Shown here piece by piece: positions 1 through 8,817 of a stretch of DNA of 64,000 nt; the first letter of the stretch is position 1, and every line of letters begins with the position of its first letter. The translations under genes and the position numbers were made by a program. The notes beneath the pieces were generated by a model. It searched no databases and had not been told where the DNA came from. It saw only the letters and a list, made by a program, of their open reading frames with translations. Origin of the DNA: an uncultured virus (IMG/VR IMGVR_UViG_3300028577_000007) (taxonomy: Duplodnaviria; Heunggongvirae; Uroviricota; Caudoviricetes); the IMG/VR virus record IMGVR_UViG_3300028577_000007; one strand, 5' to 3'.

Positions 1-1
1 A

Positions 2-175
2 GGTTCTGGGCTCTTCTTTGCAGGCGCTCTCTCGAACGCCTACCGCGCCTCCACCCTGTGGCGCTCCGACTTCGCCGACGATCGAAAAGAAGCCATGAAG
101 GCCACGGTCATGACCGTGCTTGGTGTGGGGCTTGCGGGCTACCTCGGCTATCGAGCGCGCGAGGCGCGCGACTGA
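2..175 (+). CDS. 3' part of a small membrane protein (runs off the window)
   Basis: Open frame from the window edge to TGA at 173-175, with hydrophobic stretch VMTVLGVGLAGYLGY. Confidence 0.55.
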   Translation, partial: GSGLFFAGALSNAYRASTLWRSDFADDRKEAMKATVMTVLGVGLAGYLGYRAREARD

Positions 176-196
176 ACACCAAAGAAAAAGGAACCC

Positions 197-520
197 ATGA
201 GCTACGTCGCTTTTCCTCCCGCTCCGCCCCTCGTGAGGCCGCTTGCTCGATCACGGTTTGGCCCGGGTCTCCGCGGTGTCGGTACGCTCATGGACGCGAA
301 CGTGCTCACGTCCGCCTGGTACTTGCCGCTCATCGAGCGGCTGGATCGATCTTCGGCTGCGCGATCGTATCAGTGGGGCCCCATGAAGTATCTTTCGAAC
401 TGGGACGCTCTCAACTACAACATCGGCTTTACCGAGTACACTGGGCTCGTGTCTCAAGAGTCCACGCTCTATCAATGGGACGGGTCCGAGTGGCTAAAAA
501 CGAACGTCGGTAACGTCTGA
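197..520 (+). CDS. hypothetical protein
   Basis: AAGGA RBS upstream; in series with flanking + strand genes. Confidence 0.7.
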   Translation: MSYVAFPPAPPLVRPLARSRFGPGLRGVGTLMDANVLTSAWYLPLIERLDRSSAARSYQWGPMKYLSNWDALNYNIGFTEYTGLVSQESTLYQWDGSEWLKTNVGNV

Positions 521-550
521 CCACCCCGCGCCGGAACAAGAGAGAAAAAT

Positions 551-1402
551 ATGAGCTCCAGCCAGATTGTGCTGATGGACGGGCAGTGGACGATGTGCCG
601 CTTCCTTCGCCCTTTCCCGAACTTCGAGCGTGTGTATCAAGGCAAGGGCGGCACGATCCCCATCGCCTTCCCTGGCGTCCTCGATCTCTTTGCCGAGCGC
701 GGCGTCGTGGGCTTCGACCCAAACCTCATCGCCGGCATCACGGTTCCGTACGGCTCGCGTGTCACGATTTGGATCCCGCAAACCATCGCGGGCTACACGG
801 TCAACGCGCTCTATCAGTACCAGATCATCTGGCGCCTCCGAAGCGTGCGGGACTTCCGGGCAGGTCAAGCAGAAGGCCAGGTCTCGGCGCTGCAAGACTA
901 CTCCGGCTACCACCTCGCGACTTCCGGGCTCGGTCAGCCCGAGCAAAACCCGTCAGTCCCGACTCCGACGTCGGCGACGAAGCGCTACTTCATCCCGGGC
1001 TCGACGAGGACGGTCGCGTTCGAGCAGAGTGAGCCGGCGCTCGGGCTTCCGGGGGTCATTCACCTGACGGGTGAGATGCTGCAGCCGACCCTGAGCCCGA
1101 TCTGGACGCAGCCGCTCACGCCGAGCGGCGCCAACGCGGTCTGGCAGCAGGGCACCTACGTGGGCTCGTCCCAGGCCAACACCGGCGGGCCGTCGTGGCT
1201 CACGTTTACGTGCGACGCCGAAGGCGACGAGATGAGCATCCTCGCCTACAAGATCCCGCCGGACGAAGGCTCGCCGCCCGCGTGGGATTTCACGGCCGCA
1301 GCTCCAGGCGATCTCGCCTTCTCGAACACCTACGGCAACGGCAACGGTCAAAACCAGCCGAGCCCGTTCACGAGCATCATGGTCACGACGGGCACGCGCT
1401 GA
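551..1402 (+). CDS. hypothetical beta-rich protein, possibly virion structural
   Basis: 283-aa ORF, G/T/P-rich, upstream of the fibre/glycosylation cluster; function inferred from context only. Confidence 0.65.
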   Translation: MSSSQIVLMDGQWTMCRFLRPFPNFERVYQGKGGTIPIAFPGVLDLFAERGVVGFDPNLIAGITVPYGSRVTIWIPQTIAGYTVNALYQYQIIWRLRSVRDFRAGQAEGQVSALQDYSGYHLATSGLGQPEQNPSVPTPTSATKRYFIPGSTRTVAFEQSEPALGLPGVIHLTGEMLQPTLSPIWTQPLTPSGANAVWQQGTYVGSSQANTGGPSWLTFTCDAEGDEMSILAYKIPPDEGSPPAWDFTAAAPGDLAFSNTYGNGNGQNQPSPFTSIMVTTGTR

Positions 1403-1409
1403 CCGGACC

Positions 1410-2228
1410 GTGCTCGAGCCGTACCTAGGCCCCCGCGATCCGCAGGTGGACGTGATCTGGGTCATCGTGCCCTTCTCGCGCCCCGAGCACGCCTCGCGCG
1501 TGCTCGCGAACTTCGCCCGCCAACGCTTCGCGGGCAAGCGGCTCATCGTCGTCGGCAATGGAGCATGCGGCGCCGCGGGCTCGCTCTCGATCGGCGGCGC
1601 GCACTGGATCACTTCCGCCGCGCACCCGGCCCACGCCCGGAACGAAGCGCTCGCGTTCATTCGGAAGCGGGGCGGCGGCTTCTTCTCGCTGATGGACGAC
1701 GACGACTGGTACGGCCCGGGCTATCTTGACGAGGTAGCGGGTTACGCGCGCTCCGCCGACGTGGTCGGTAAGCGCCAGCACTTCGTCTCACTCGGAGAGG
1801 GCCTCACCGACCCTGCACCCCAGCTCTTGCTCTGCTACCGGCGCTACGCCGAGAGCGATCCGGCGCCATGGCTCACGGGTGGCGCGATCAGCGGCTGGGC
1901 CGAGACGGCGGTCGACTTTCCCGTCGTCAGGGGGACCGAAGATCTCGCCTGGTGCGATCGAATGATCGCCCAGGGCGCGCGCCTCCGGGGGCTATCCATA
2001 TACCACTACCTGTACCGTCGATCGTACAAGGGCGCTGAGCACACCTACGGCCGCACGCGTGCGGCGCTCGCGGATGATTTGCGGCACCGGGACACCTTGG
2101 AGTTTCCGCTCACGGCGACGGGCGAGATCGATCTCGAGATCGTGACCGGAGAGCGCGCGCCCGAGGCGTACCGCGTGCTCGGGCAGGATCGGTTTATTCC
2201 GGTAGACAGCAGGAAGCTGTCTCCCTAG
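1410..2228 (+). CDS. GT2-like glycosyltransferase
   Basis: VIVPFSRP start, ARNEAL, MDDDDWY (DxD) and GTEDLAW motifs. Confidence 0.8.
   Translation: MLEPYLGPRDPQVDVIWVIVPFSRPEHASRVLANFARQRFAGKRLIVVGNGACGAAGSLSIGGAHWITSAAHPAHARNEALAFIRKRGGGFFSLMDDDDWYGPGYLDEVAGYARSADVVGKRQHFVSLGEGLTDPAPQLLLCYRRYAESDPAPWLTGGAISGWAETAVDFPVVRGTEDLAWCDRMIAQGARLRGLSIYHYLYRRSYKGAEHTYGRTRAALADDLRHRDTLEFPLTATGEIDLEIVTGERAPEAYRVLGQDRFIPVDSRKLSP
2205..2221. promoter_or_regulatory. palindromic operator GACAGC-N5-GCTGTC (site 1 of 6)
   Basis: gacagc aggaa gctgtc lying in a TAGACA...TAGACT promoter-like element before ATG 2240. Confidence 0.6.
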
Positions 2229-2239
2229 ACTCGCGCCCC

Positions 2240-2539
2240 ATGACAACCAATTGCTCAAGCTGTCGGCGCCCTCGCGGACACGTCCCCTCAGACTCTTTTT
2301 TCTGCAGCGAACAGGACGGTCGTGAGTGTCTGCTCGCTCAGGTCTCGCGGCTCAAGGACGATAATGAGCGGCTGCAGGTGCAGCTTGCGGGTTGCGGTGT
2401 CGCCGCGCTCGGCGGCACGGGCGACCCCCAGGTTGCGCGCTCCGAGGGGCCTTCGTCGTATGGCTGGTCCCCTGCGTATCAGGACGTGCTCGATCTTCGC
2501 CGGAAGTACGACCAGCTAACGGGACGTGCTTCTTCATGA
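2240..2539 (+). CDS. hypothetical phage-type protein
   Basis: 99 aa with N-terminal Cys cluster; stop overlaps the next start (ATGA). Confidence 0.65.
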   Translation: MTTNCSSCRRPRGHVPSDSFFCSEQDGRECLLAQVSRLKDDNERLQVQLAGCGVAALGGTGDPQVARSEGPSSYGWSPAYQDVLDLRRKYDQLTGRASS

Positions 2540-3858
2540 TCACGGTCTTCACTCCGCTGTCGAAATCCGGAAACCGCTACATCGACGCCGCCTGGCAGAC
2601 GCTGAAGACGCAGACGCTGCAGGACTTCGAGTGGGTCGTGCTCGAGAATCACGGAGGCGTGCTCCCGGCGCATATCCGGAAAGATCCGCGAGTGAAGTGC
2701 TTCGGAGACGCGAAGCTCCAGGGCATCGGCGCGCTGAAGCGACGCTGCTGCGATCTCTCGAGCGAGTCGAGCTCGATGCTACTCGAGCTCGATCACGATG
2801 ATTTACTCCACGAGACGGCGCTCGAGAAGGCCGCGCTCGCGCTCGAGCACGCAGACTTCGCGTACTCGGACACGGCGGAGTTCAAGGACGGGACCTGGGA
2901 GCCAAACGTCTACGGCACCGCCTTCGGCTGGTCGAGCTACGAGGTGGAGTTTCAAGGGCACAAGCTCCTCGGACAACCGACGCCGCCCGTCACGCCGCAC
3001 AACATGCGTCTCATCGATTTTGCCCCGAACCACTTCCGCGCCTTCCGAAAAGACGCCTACTGGTCGGTCGGTGGCCATAACCCAAATCTCCCGGTCGCCG
3101 ACGATCACGAGCTGATGCTGAAGTTTTTCCTGAAGGGCCTTGTCTTCAGGCACGTGCCGGAGTGTCTCTACTTCTACCGCGTGCACCAGGCGCAGACGGT
3201 CTCCCAAAAGAACGCCCTCATTCGCCAGAAGACCGAAGAGCTCTACGACCGGCACATCTTCGATCTCGCGGAGAAGTTTTCGGACGACGCGAGATGCAAG
3301 ACCGACGTGGACGAGGAGATGCCGCTCTATAAGATCGATCTCTGCGGCGCCATCGACAACAAGCCCGGGTACTTCCCGCTCGACATCACGCTCGGTCACG
3401 ACCTCGACGAGCGCTGGCCGTACGGGGACGGAACCGTCGGCGTCATCCGTGCAAACGACGCCATCGAGCACCTGAAAGATCCCATCCACACCATGAACGA
3501 GGCCTACCGGGTGCTCGCCCCGGGCGGCTTCTTCCTCATCCGTGTGCCGTCGACCACGGGCCCGATCATCCGCACGCCCGCGATGGACGGCGGCGATTTC
3601 CACTGGGTCGCGAGCGCAGGGCGGGGGGCGTTCCAGGACCCGACCCACGTGTCCTTCTGGAACGAAAACTCCTTCTGGTACTACACTAAGCAATCGCACG
3701 CGCGCTACCTCAAGAAGCTCAACGCGCGCTTTCAAGTGCTCAAGCTGCGGACGTTCTATCCGGATGATTTTTGCGCGCAGCACGCGATCCCGTACGTGGA
3801 GGCGCACCTGGTTGCGCTGAAGGACGGGTACAGTCCGATGGGGTTGGTCGAGATCTGA
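2536..3858 (+). CDS. GT2 glycosyltransferase fused to SAM methyltransferase-like domain
   Basis: ITVFTP, ELDHDD, ADDHEL and LYFYRVH (GT-A); C-terminal DAIEHL...MNEAYRVLAPGG...DPTH. Confidence 0.85.
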   Translation: MITVFTPLSKSGNRYIDAAWQTLKTQTLQDFEWVVLENHGGVLPAHIRKDPRVKCFGDAKLQGIGALKRRCCDLSSESSSMLLELDHDDLLHETALEKAALALEHADFAYSDTAEFKDGTWEPNVYGTAFGWSSYEVEFQGHKLLGQPTPPVTPHNMRLIDFAPNHFRAFRKDAYWSVGGHNPNLPVADDHELMLKFFLKGLVFRHVPECLYFYRVHQAQTVSQKNALIRQKTEELYDRHIFDLAEKFSDDARCKTDVDEEMPLYKIDLCGAIDNKPGYFPLDITLGHDLDERWPYGDGTVGVIRANDAIEHLKDPIHTMNEAYRVLAPGGFFLIRVPSTTGPIIRTPAMDGGDFHWVASAGRGAFQDPTHVSFWNENSFWYYTKQSHARYLKKLNARFQVLKLRTFYPDDFCAQHAIPYVEAHLVALKDGYSPMGLVEI

Positions 3859-3862
3859 AGGG

Positions 3863-4617
3863 CTACCAGGGCGCACGTTCGAGCGCCGGTAGCTCTGGCC
3901 GCGCTCGGATCCGGCGCACGTGGGCGGCAAGGGCCGCGAGCTGCTCTGCGGGAGGAGCTTGCCAATTCCAAACGTCGTACAGGTACAGCACGTCCGGGAT
4001 GTGCCGGATGTGCCAGCGCGCGAGCTCCAGCATCGGCAAGATCAGCCCCTGATCATTGGCAAGCTCCCAATACGAGCCGTCGTCGTCTCGGAAGTATTCG
4101 CCGGGCACCGAGCGCAGTAGCCCAACTCGAAACGAGCGGGGGGGGCGCATCGCCAGAACCAGCGCCGGAAGTGGTTTTCCTTGAGGCACTCCGGATGGTA
4201 GGCGCCGTCGTAGATCACTTGCCTGTCTGGCCACGACAAGAACGATCCGTACGTGAACCAGCAGTCCACGTCCTGTGTGTACTCGTAGGCAATGCGATCG
4301 ATCGCGAAGGGGTGAGCGAGCCCGTCATCTCCATCGAGTAGCACCGCAACCGTGTCGTCGGAGTCGTCCTTCAGCGCGGGCAGGATGTTGGCGATGACGC
4401 CCTGTCGGGAGGCGTTCGTGACAAGATGAACGGACGGGTGAGGCGCCGTCGCGCCCGATAGAACGGACTCGATCACTTGTCGGCTTTCGTCGGTGGAGGC
4501 GTCGTCCACGTAGGTCACGCGAAGGTGCTTGTAGGCCTGCGACAGGACCGTGCCGAGGCTCCACGGGATCGAGCGGGCTCGGTTTCGCTGGGTGACGACT
4601 AGATGAACATCGACCAT
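3863..4617 (-). pseudogene. GT2 glycosyltransferase with a frameshift in a C8 tract
   Basis: YVDDASTD and LLDGDD in one frame; RSFRVGLL...DQGLILPMLE...VLYLY continues in another frame after the G run at 4138-4145; both halves resemble the GT2 domain of 28631-31267. Confidence 0.75.
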
Positions 4618-4633
4618 TTTTCGACTTAGGATC

Positions 4634-5317
4634 TCATTTCCCCGGACCGCTCCACACGCGCCCGAGGATCGAGCAGTCGTAAATATTTCCCGGGATGATC
4701 CCAGGAGCACGCTGCTCGCGCCAGAGTACGTAAGGAAGGCTCAGCTGGTCTTGGCAGGACCAGTGCACGCATTCATCGAACCAGCGCTTCTCGAAGCGCT
4801 CGACCGCTGCGTTGTGCCGTCGTCCGATGACGCCGCCCGCATATAGATGGTAGCCGGGATCAGAAGCCGGCATGCCCGCGTCTCGGTAGTGCTCGACTTG
4901 CCTGACGCAGGGCTCCCCCTGGTATTTCGGCATCGTCATCGAGAACGCCGCCTCCTGCTCGAGCGAGCGCTGCTCCTCAGGATGCAGAAAGAAGGCGAGC
5001 TCGCCCCGGGCGTCGCGACTGAGCGCCCGACCAACCTCGGCGATCATCAGGCTCGGGTCCTTCACTCGGATACTGGCATCCAGGTAGATGCTCACCTCGT
5101 GCTGCGGCATCAGATGGCAAGCGGACATCTTGTACCACTTGGCGTCCATGCGCGGCGTGCGGAAGACATTGGGCCGGCGGAAGATCTGCCAGGTATCGAG
5201 CTTGAGATCGGGCGAGTCCGTGAAGCAGAATAAATCGACCACGCCTTGTAGACCGGGAAGCTCCGCAGGCTTATCGTGATCGCCGAAGGCTGCGGTGTAT
5301 ATTGCGAGCTTCGGCAT
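4634..5317 (-). CDS. DUF616/TOD1-MUCI70-like glycosyltransferase
   Basis: IYTAAFGDHD, FCFTD, SIYLDAS and QDQLSLPYVLW motifs. Confidence 0.75.
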   Translation of the reverse strand: MPKLAIYTAAFGDHDKPAELPGLQGVVDLFCFTDSPDLKLDTWQIFRRPNVFRTPRMDAKWYKMSACHLMPQHEVSIYLDASIRVKDPSLMIAEVGRALSRDARGELAFFLHPEEQRSLEQEAAFSMTMPKYQGEPCVRQVEHYRDAGMPASDPGYHLYAGGVIGRRHNAAVERFEKRWFDECVHWSCQDQLSLPYVLWREQRAPGIIPGNIYDCSILGRVWSGPGK

Positions 5318-5929
5318 TCAGTTCTTCCGCACGTTGAAGAAGTAGAGCTGCACGAGCCGCGGCTGCGCGGGAGTAAACCCCTCGTAGCTCGTTGCTGAGT
5401 GGATCAGCTGCGCGTCCCAGAGCACGAGTCGGTTGTAGACGCTGCCCACGCGATCGACGAGCTCCCAGGCGTCCGGGTGCGTCAGATTGTGCTCGCTGTA
5501 GGTCTCCTCGTACGCCACGGGATCCGTCGGCGGCCTCCGGTGGCCATTGAGCGCGTGCCGCCAGAAGCTCGTGCCTGCGTCCACGCGATCGTCCAGCATC
5601 GACCGTCGATCGATCGGCGTGAGGTAGATCGCGGCCGCGTAGCTCTGCGTGTCCGAATGCCACACGAGCGAATCCCGCTCCGTCGTCTTCTGAAACGACC
5701 CATTGGCGGGCTGATCCGTCCAGTCCGTGATGCTCACCCTCAATAACCTCTCGAACTCCTCCTTCACCCACGGGAACAGGAACTTCTCCTTCGACCGCAC
5801 GCCCTTGAAGTAGCGGAGATCTGCCTCGTACTCGCAATTGAGGGCGATCTCCCGGATGGCGTCCGGATCGGAAAAAAAGTCATCCACGACCAAGAGAGCG
5901 GGCGTCCGCGAGTGAAATAGTGGGGGCAT
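5318..5929 (-). CDS. 2OG-Fe(II) oxygenase (DUF6445-like)
   Basis: VVDDFFSDPD, HxD (WHSD), IYLTP, GTSFW, NRLVLW...H and RLVQLYFF. Confidence 0.8.
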   Translation of the reverse strand: MPPLFHSRTPALLVVDDFFSDPDAIREIALNCEYEADLRYFKGVRSKEKFLFPWVKEEFERLLRVSITDWTDQPANGSFQKTTERDSLVWHSDTQSYAAAIYLTPIDRRSMLDDRVDAGTSFWRHALNGHRRPPTDPVAYEETYSEHNLTHPDAWELVDRVGSVYNRLVLWDAQLIHSATSYEGFTPAQPRLVQLYFFNVRKN

Positions 5930-5980
5930 GGGCTCTGGGTACGGGAGCCTAGCCCCAAAACCGCCCCAGCCTCCACCGCA

Positions 5981-6114
5981 AAAACTTGAGATCTGCCCAG
6001 GGAGAGGGGTAGGCTGCCACGGACTAGGCTGGTTTGGCCCACGCGCCTCAATGAGGGGCGTGCCGGCTGGCAGGACGGCAGAGCGGCGCACTGGTGCGCC
6101 CTGGAGCCCGTCCC
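5981..6114 (+). promoter_or_regulatory. promoter (TTGAGA-N18-TAGGCT) plus conserved structured 5' leader, copy 1
   Basis: Shares blocks ACTAGG, GGTTTGG and GGCAGGACGGCAGAGCGGCGCACT..TGCGCCC..GGAGCC with 8681-8817. Confidence 0.7.
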
Positions 6115-7974
6115 ATGTCCGATCGCAGTAGCGTTGCCAGCCGAAATATCGGCGCCTGTGACACCCTCCTTGGGGATGCAGGATCGCTCGAGAATGTCAA
6201 TACGTCGATCCTCGACGACGGCTGCTTCTGCTTCGTGCAGTCGGAGCTCCGGCACTACGAGCTTCACCGGAGCTCGACCCAGACGCCGGCGCCTCCGCTC
6301 GTCATCGCGCCCATTGCGGGCCCCGGACGCTGGGTGCCGGCGACGGGCGGCACGCAAGGCCAGCAGGGCGCGCAGGGCGCGCAAGGCCCGTTCGGGGCGC
6401 AGGGATCTCAAGGCTCGGGCGCCCAGGGCGCGACCGGATCGCAGGGCTTTCAGGGCTTCCAAGGAGCGCAAGGTCGACAGGGCAATACGGGCGCCGCGGG
6501 CACGACGGGCGCCCAAGGCGCTCAAGGCTTCCAGGGGAACACGGGCGGCGCTCAAGGCGCTCAAGGCGCGCAGGGCTTTCAGGGATCGGGCGGCGGCGCG
6601 CAAGGCGCGCAGGGAGCGCAGGGCTTCCAAGGTGGCCTCGGCGCGCAGGGATCTCAGGGCTCGGGCGCGCAAGGCGCGACGGGCGCGACTGGCGCGCAGG
6701 GCGCGCAAGGATTTCAGGGCGCGACGGGCGGCGCGGGCGCTCAGGGCGCGACGGGCTCTCAGGGCGCGCAGGGCTTCCAGGGAGCGACGGGCGCTCAGGG
6801 CGCGCAGGGCTTCCAGGGAGCGACGGGCACGACCGGCGCGCAGGGCGCAACGGGCTCGGGCGCGCAAGGCGCGCAGGGCTTTCAAGGAAGCGGCGGCACG
6901 CAGGGGTCGCAAGGTGCTCAGGGCTTTCAGGGTGGCGGCGCGCAGGGAGCGCAAGGCGCGACGGGCACGCAAGGGTTCCAGGGAGCGCAGGGCTTTCAGG
7001 GTGGCGGCGCGCAGGGCGCTCAGGGATCGACCGGCGCGCAGGGATCGGGCGGCGGCGCGCAAGGCGCTCAGGGAGCGCAGGGCTTCCAGGGCGGACTCGG
7101 CGCGCAAGGCGCCGCGGGCTCGGGCGCGCAAGGCGCGCAAGGATTCCAGGGCGCCGCGGGGGCCGCTGGAGCGCAAGGAGCTCAGGGCTTTCAAGGTGCC
7201 GGCGGTACGGCGGGCGCGCAGGGCGGAGCCGGCGCGCAGGGCGCGACTGGCGCTCAAGGCGCGCAAGGGTTTCAGGGCGCAACTGGCGCTCAAGGCGCGC
7301 AGGGCTTCCAGGGTGCCGCGGGCACAGGCGCTCAGGGCGCGACCGGATCGCAGGGAGCGCAAGGCTTTCAGGGCGCCGCGGGCTCGGGCGCGCAGGGAGC
7401 GCAAGGGTTCCAGGGAGCGGCTGGCACCGCTGGCGCGCAGGGCGCAACTGGCGCTCAAGGCGCTCAAGGCTTTCAGGGTGCAGCTGGCACGGCCGGCGCT
7501 CAAGGCGCGCAGGGGTTCCAGGGCGCGACGGGATCTGGCGCGCAGGGCGCGACGGGATCGCAGGGCGCGCAAGGCTTCCAGGGTGCTGCGGGCTCGGGAT
7601 CGCAGGGCGCTCAGGGCGCCTCTGGCGCTCAGGGATCGCAAGGCGCGCAGGGTGCCAATCAGATCGTCAATGAAGTCAACGCGGGCAACTCCGGCACTGC
7701 CCTCACCCTGAACTTCACCACTGGCCCAAATCAGCTCGTCACGATGACGGGCAACGTCACGTTTACGTTCACGGCGCCATCAAACTCCCGCCACGTGCAG
7801 GTGCGCATGGTGCAGGACGGGACGGGCGGTCGCACGGTGACGTGGCCCGCGTCCGTCAAGTGGGCCTCCGGGACGCAACCCACCTGGGTGACAACCGCTG
7901 CCGCCGTGAACATCGCCAACTTCTTCTATGACGGCACCAACTACTGGGGCGCCGGGCTAACAGGGTTCGCATGA
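6115..7974 (+). CDS. collagen-like fibre protein 1
   Basis: N-terminal anchor domain ending GPGRW, long GAQ/GFQ/GAT triplet tract, C-terminal beta domain ([12 protein letters not shown]) of phage fibre type. Confidence 0.9.
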   Translation: MSDRSSVASRNIGACDTLLGDAGSLENVNTSILDDGCFCFVQSELRHYELHRSSTQTPAPPLVIAPIAGPGRWVPATGGTQGQQGAQGAQGPFGAQGSQGSGAQGATGSQGFQGFQGAQGRQGNTGAAGTTGAQGAQGFQGNTGGAQGAQGAQGFQGSGGGAQGAQGAQGFQGGLGAQGSQGSGAQGATGATGAQGAQGFQGATGGAGAQGATGSQGAQGFQGATGAQGAQGFQGATGTTGAQGATGSGAQGAQGFQGSGGTQGSQGAQGFQGGGAQGAQGATGTQGFQGAQGFQGGGAQGAQGSTGAQGSGGGAQGAQGAQGFQGGLGAQGAAGSGAQGAQGFQGAAGAAGAQGAQGFQGAGGTAGAQGGAGAQGATGAQGAQGFQGATGAQGAQGFQGAAGTGAQGATGSQGAQGFQGAAGSGAQGAQGFQGAAGTAGAQGATGAQGAQGFQGAAGTAGAQGAQGFQGATGSGAQGATGSQGAQGFQGAAGSGSQGAQGASGAQGSQGAQGANQIVNEVNAGNSGTALTLNFTTGPNQLVTMTGNVTFTFTAPSNSRHVQVRMVQDGTGGRTVTWPASVKWASGTQPTWVTTAAAVNIANFFYDGTNYWGAGLTGFA

Positions 7975-8648
7975 GCATCGCGATCCATGGATCACCCAGC
8001 GTTACAACTAATGGTGGCGGTCCGATTACGGCTAATTGCCCCCCGAGTTCTGCTGGGGATGTTCGCGTTGCGATTCTATCGCTCAACGACAACTCACTTC
8101 AAAACTGGACGTTCCCAAGTGGGTGGACGCAGCGGGTCAACTACCATCACAACGCGACGTTCTTCGACAGCTTCCAGGTCTCGGTGTTCACCTACGTGTG
8201 CTCCGGATCAGATCCGGCGACCGCGCTCTTTTCGGTGGCCAGCGGCACCATCAATCAAGCGATCATCATCGCTTACTCGGGTGTCGATAATACGACGCCA
8301 TGGGACACGTTTTCTGGAGCCGATGGGGGAAACGCTGCCCCGACTGGGGCGAGTATCAACACGGCTGTTGCCAACGAGCTCGTGCTGTGGATTAGCAACA
8401 ACGATGGGCCGCTCACCTCGGTCCCCGCGGGGTTTACAACGCGAGTCGACGGATCGACCAACCAAGGCGCTACGAACACCTTCGTGGGCGTCTACGACAA
8501 GATTTTTCCTGCCTCGGGCGCGACGGGGGCCCTCGCCGGCGCGACCAGCGGAAACAACGACTGGATCGTGGTCGTGGGCGCGCTCACCCCCGCCGCGGGA
8601 GCGGCTCCCGGCGACAGCCTCTTTTTCGGGTGCGGAACGACGAGCTGA
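7971..8648 (+). CDS. beta-sandwich fibre-associated protein
   Basis: Overlaps the stop of fibre 1; PSGWT and PAGFT repeats; C-terminus [10 protein letters not shown]. Confidence 0.75.
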   Translation: MSIAIHGSPSVTTNGGGPITANCPPSSAGDVRVAILSLNDNSLQNWTFPSGWTQRVNYHHNATFFDSFQVSVFTYVCSGSDPATALFSVASGTINQAIIIAYSGVDNTTPWDTFSGADGGNAAPTGASINTAVANELVLWISNNDGPLTSVPAGFTTRVDGSTNQGATNTFVGVYDKIFPASGATGALAGATSGNNDWIVVVGALTPAAGAAPGDSLFFGCGTTS

Positions 8649-8680
8649 CCCCGCCGAGCAATCGCTCCCCCGCTCGCCCA

Positions 8681-8817
8681 AAAACTTGAATCCCAGCCCC
8701 CGGGCGGGGTAGGCTTCGTTTACTAGGTCGGTTTGGTCCGAGATCTTTCCTCAGGAAAGACCGGGGCAGGCAGGACGGCAGAGCGGCGCACTCCTGCGCC
8801 CGGAGCCTCCCGCAGCC
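8681..8817 (+). promoter_or_regulatory. promoter (TTGAAT-N18-TAGGCT) plus conserved structured 5' leader, copy 2
   Basis: Paralogous to 5981-6114. Confidence 0.7.

Noticed and set aside
551..1402. Major capsid protein call
   Set aside because: No recognisable capsid motif; needs a structure search
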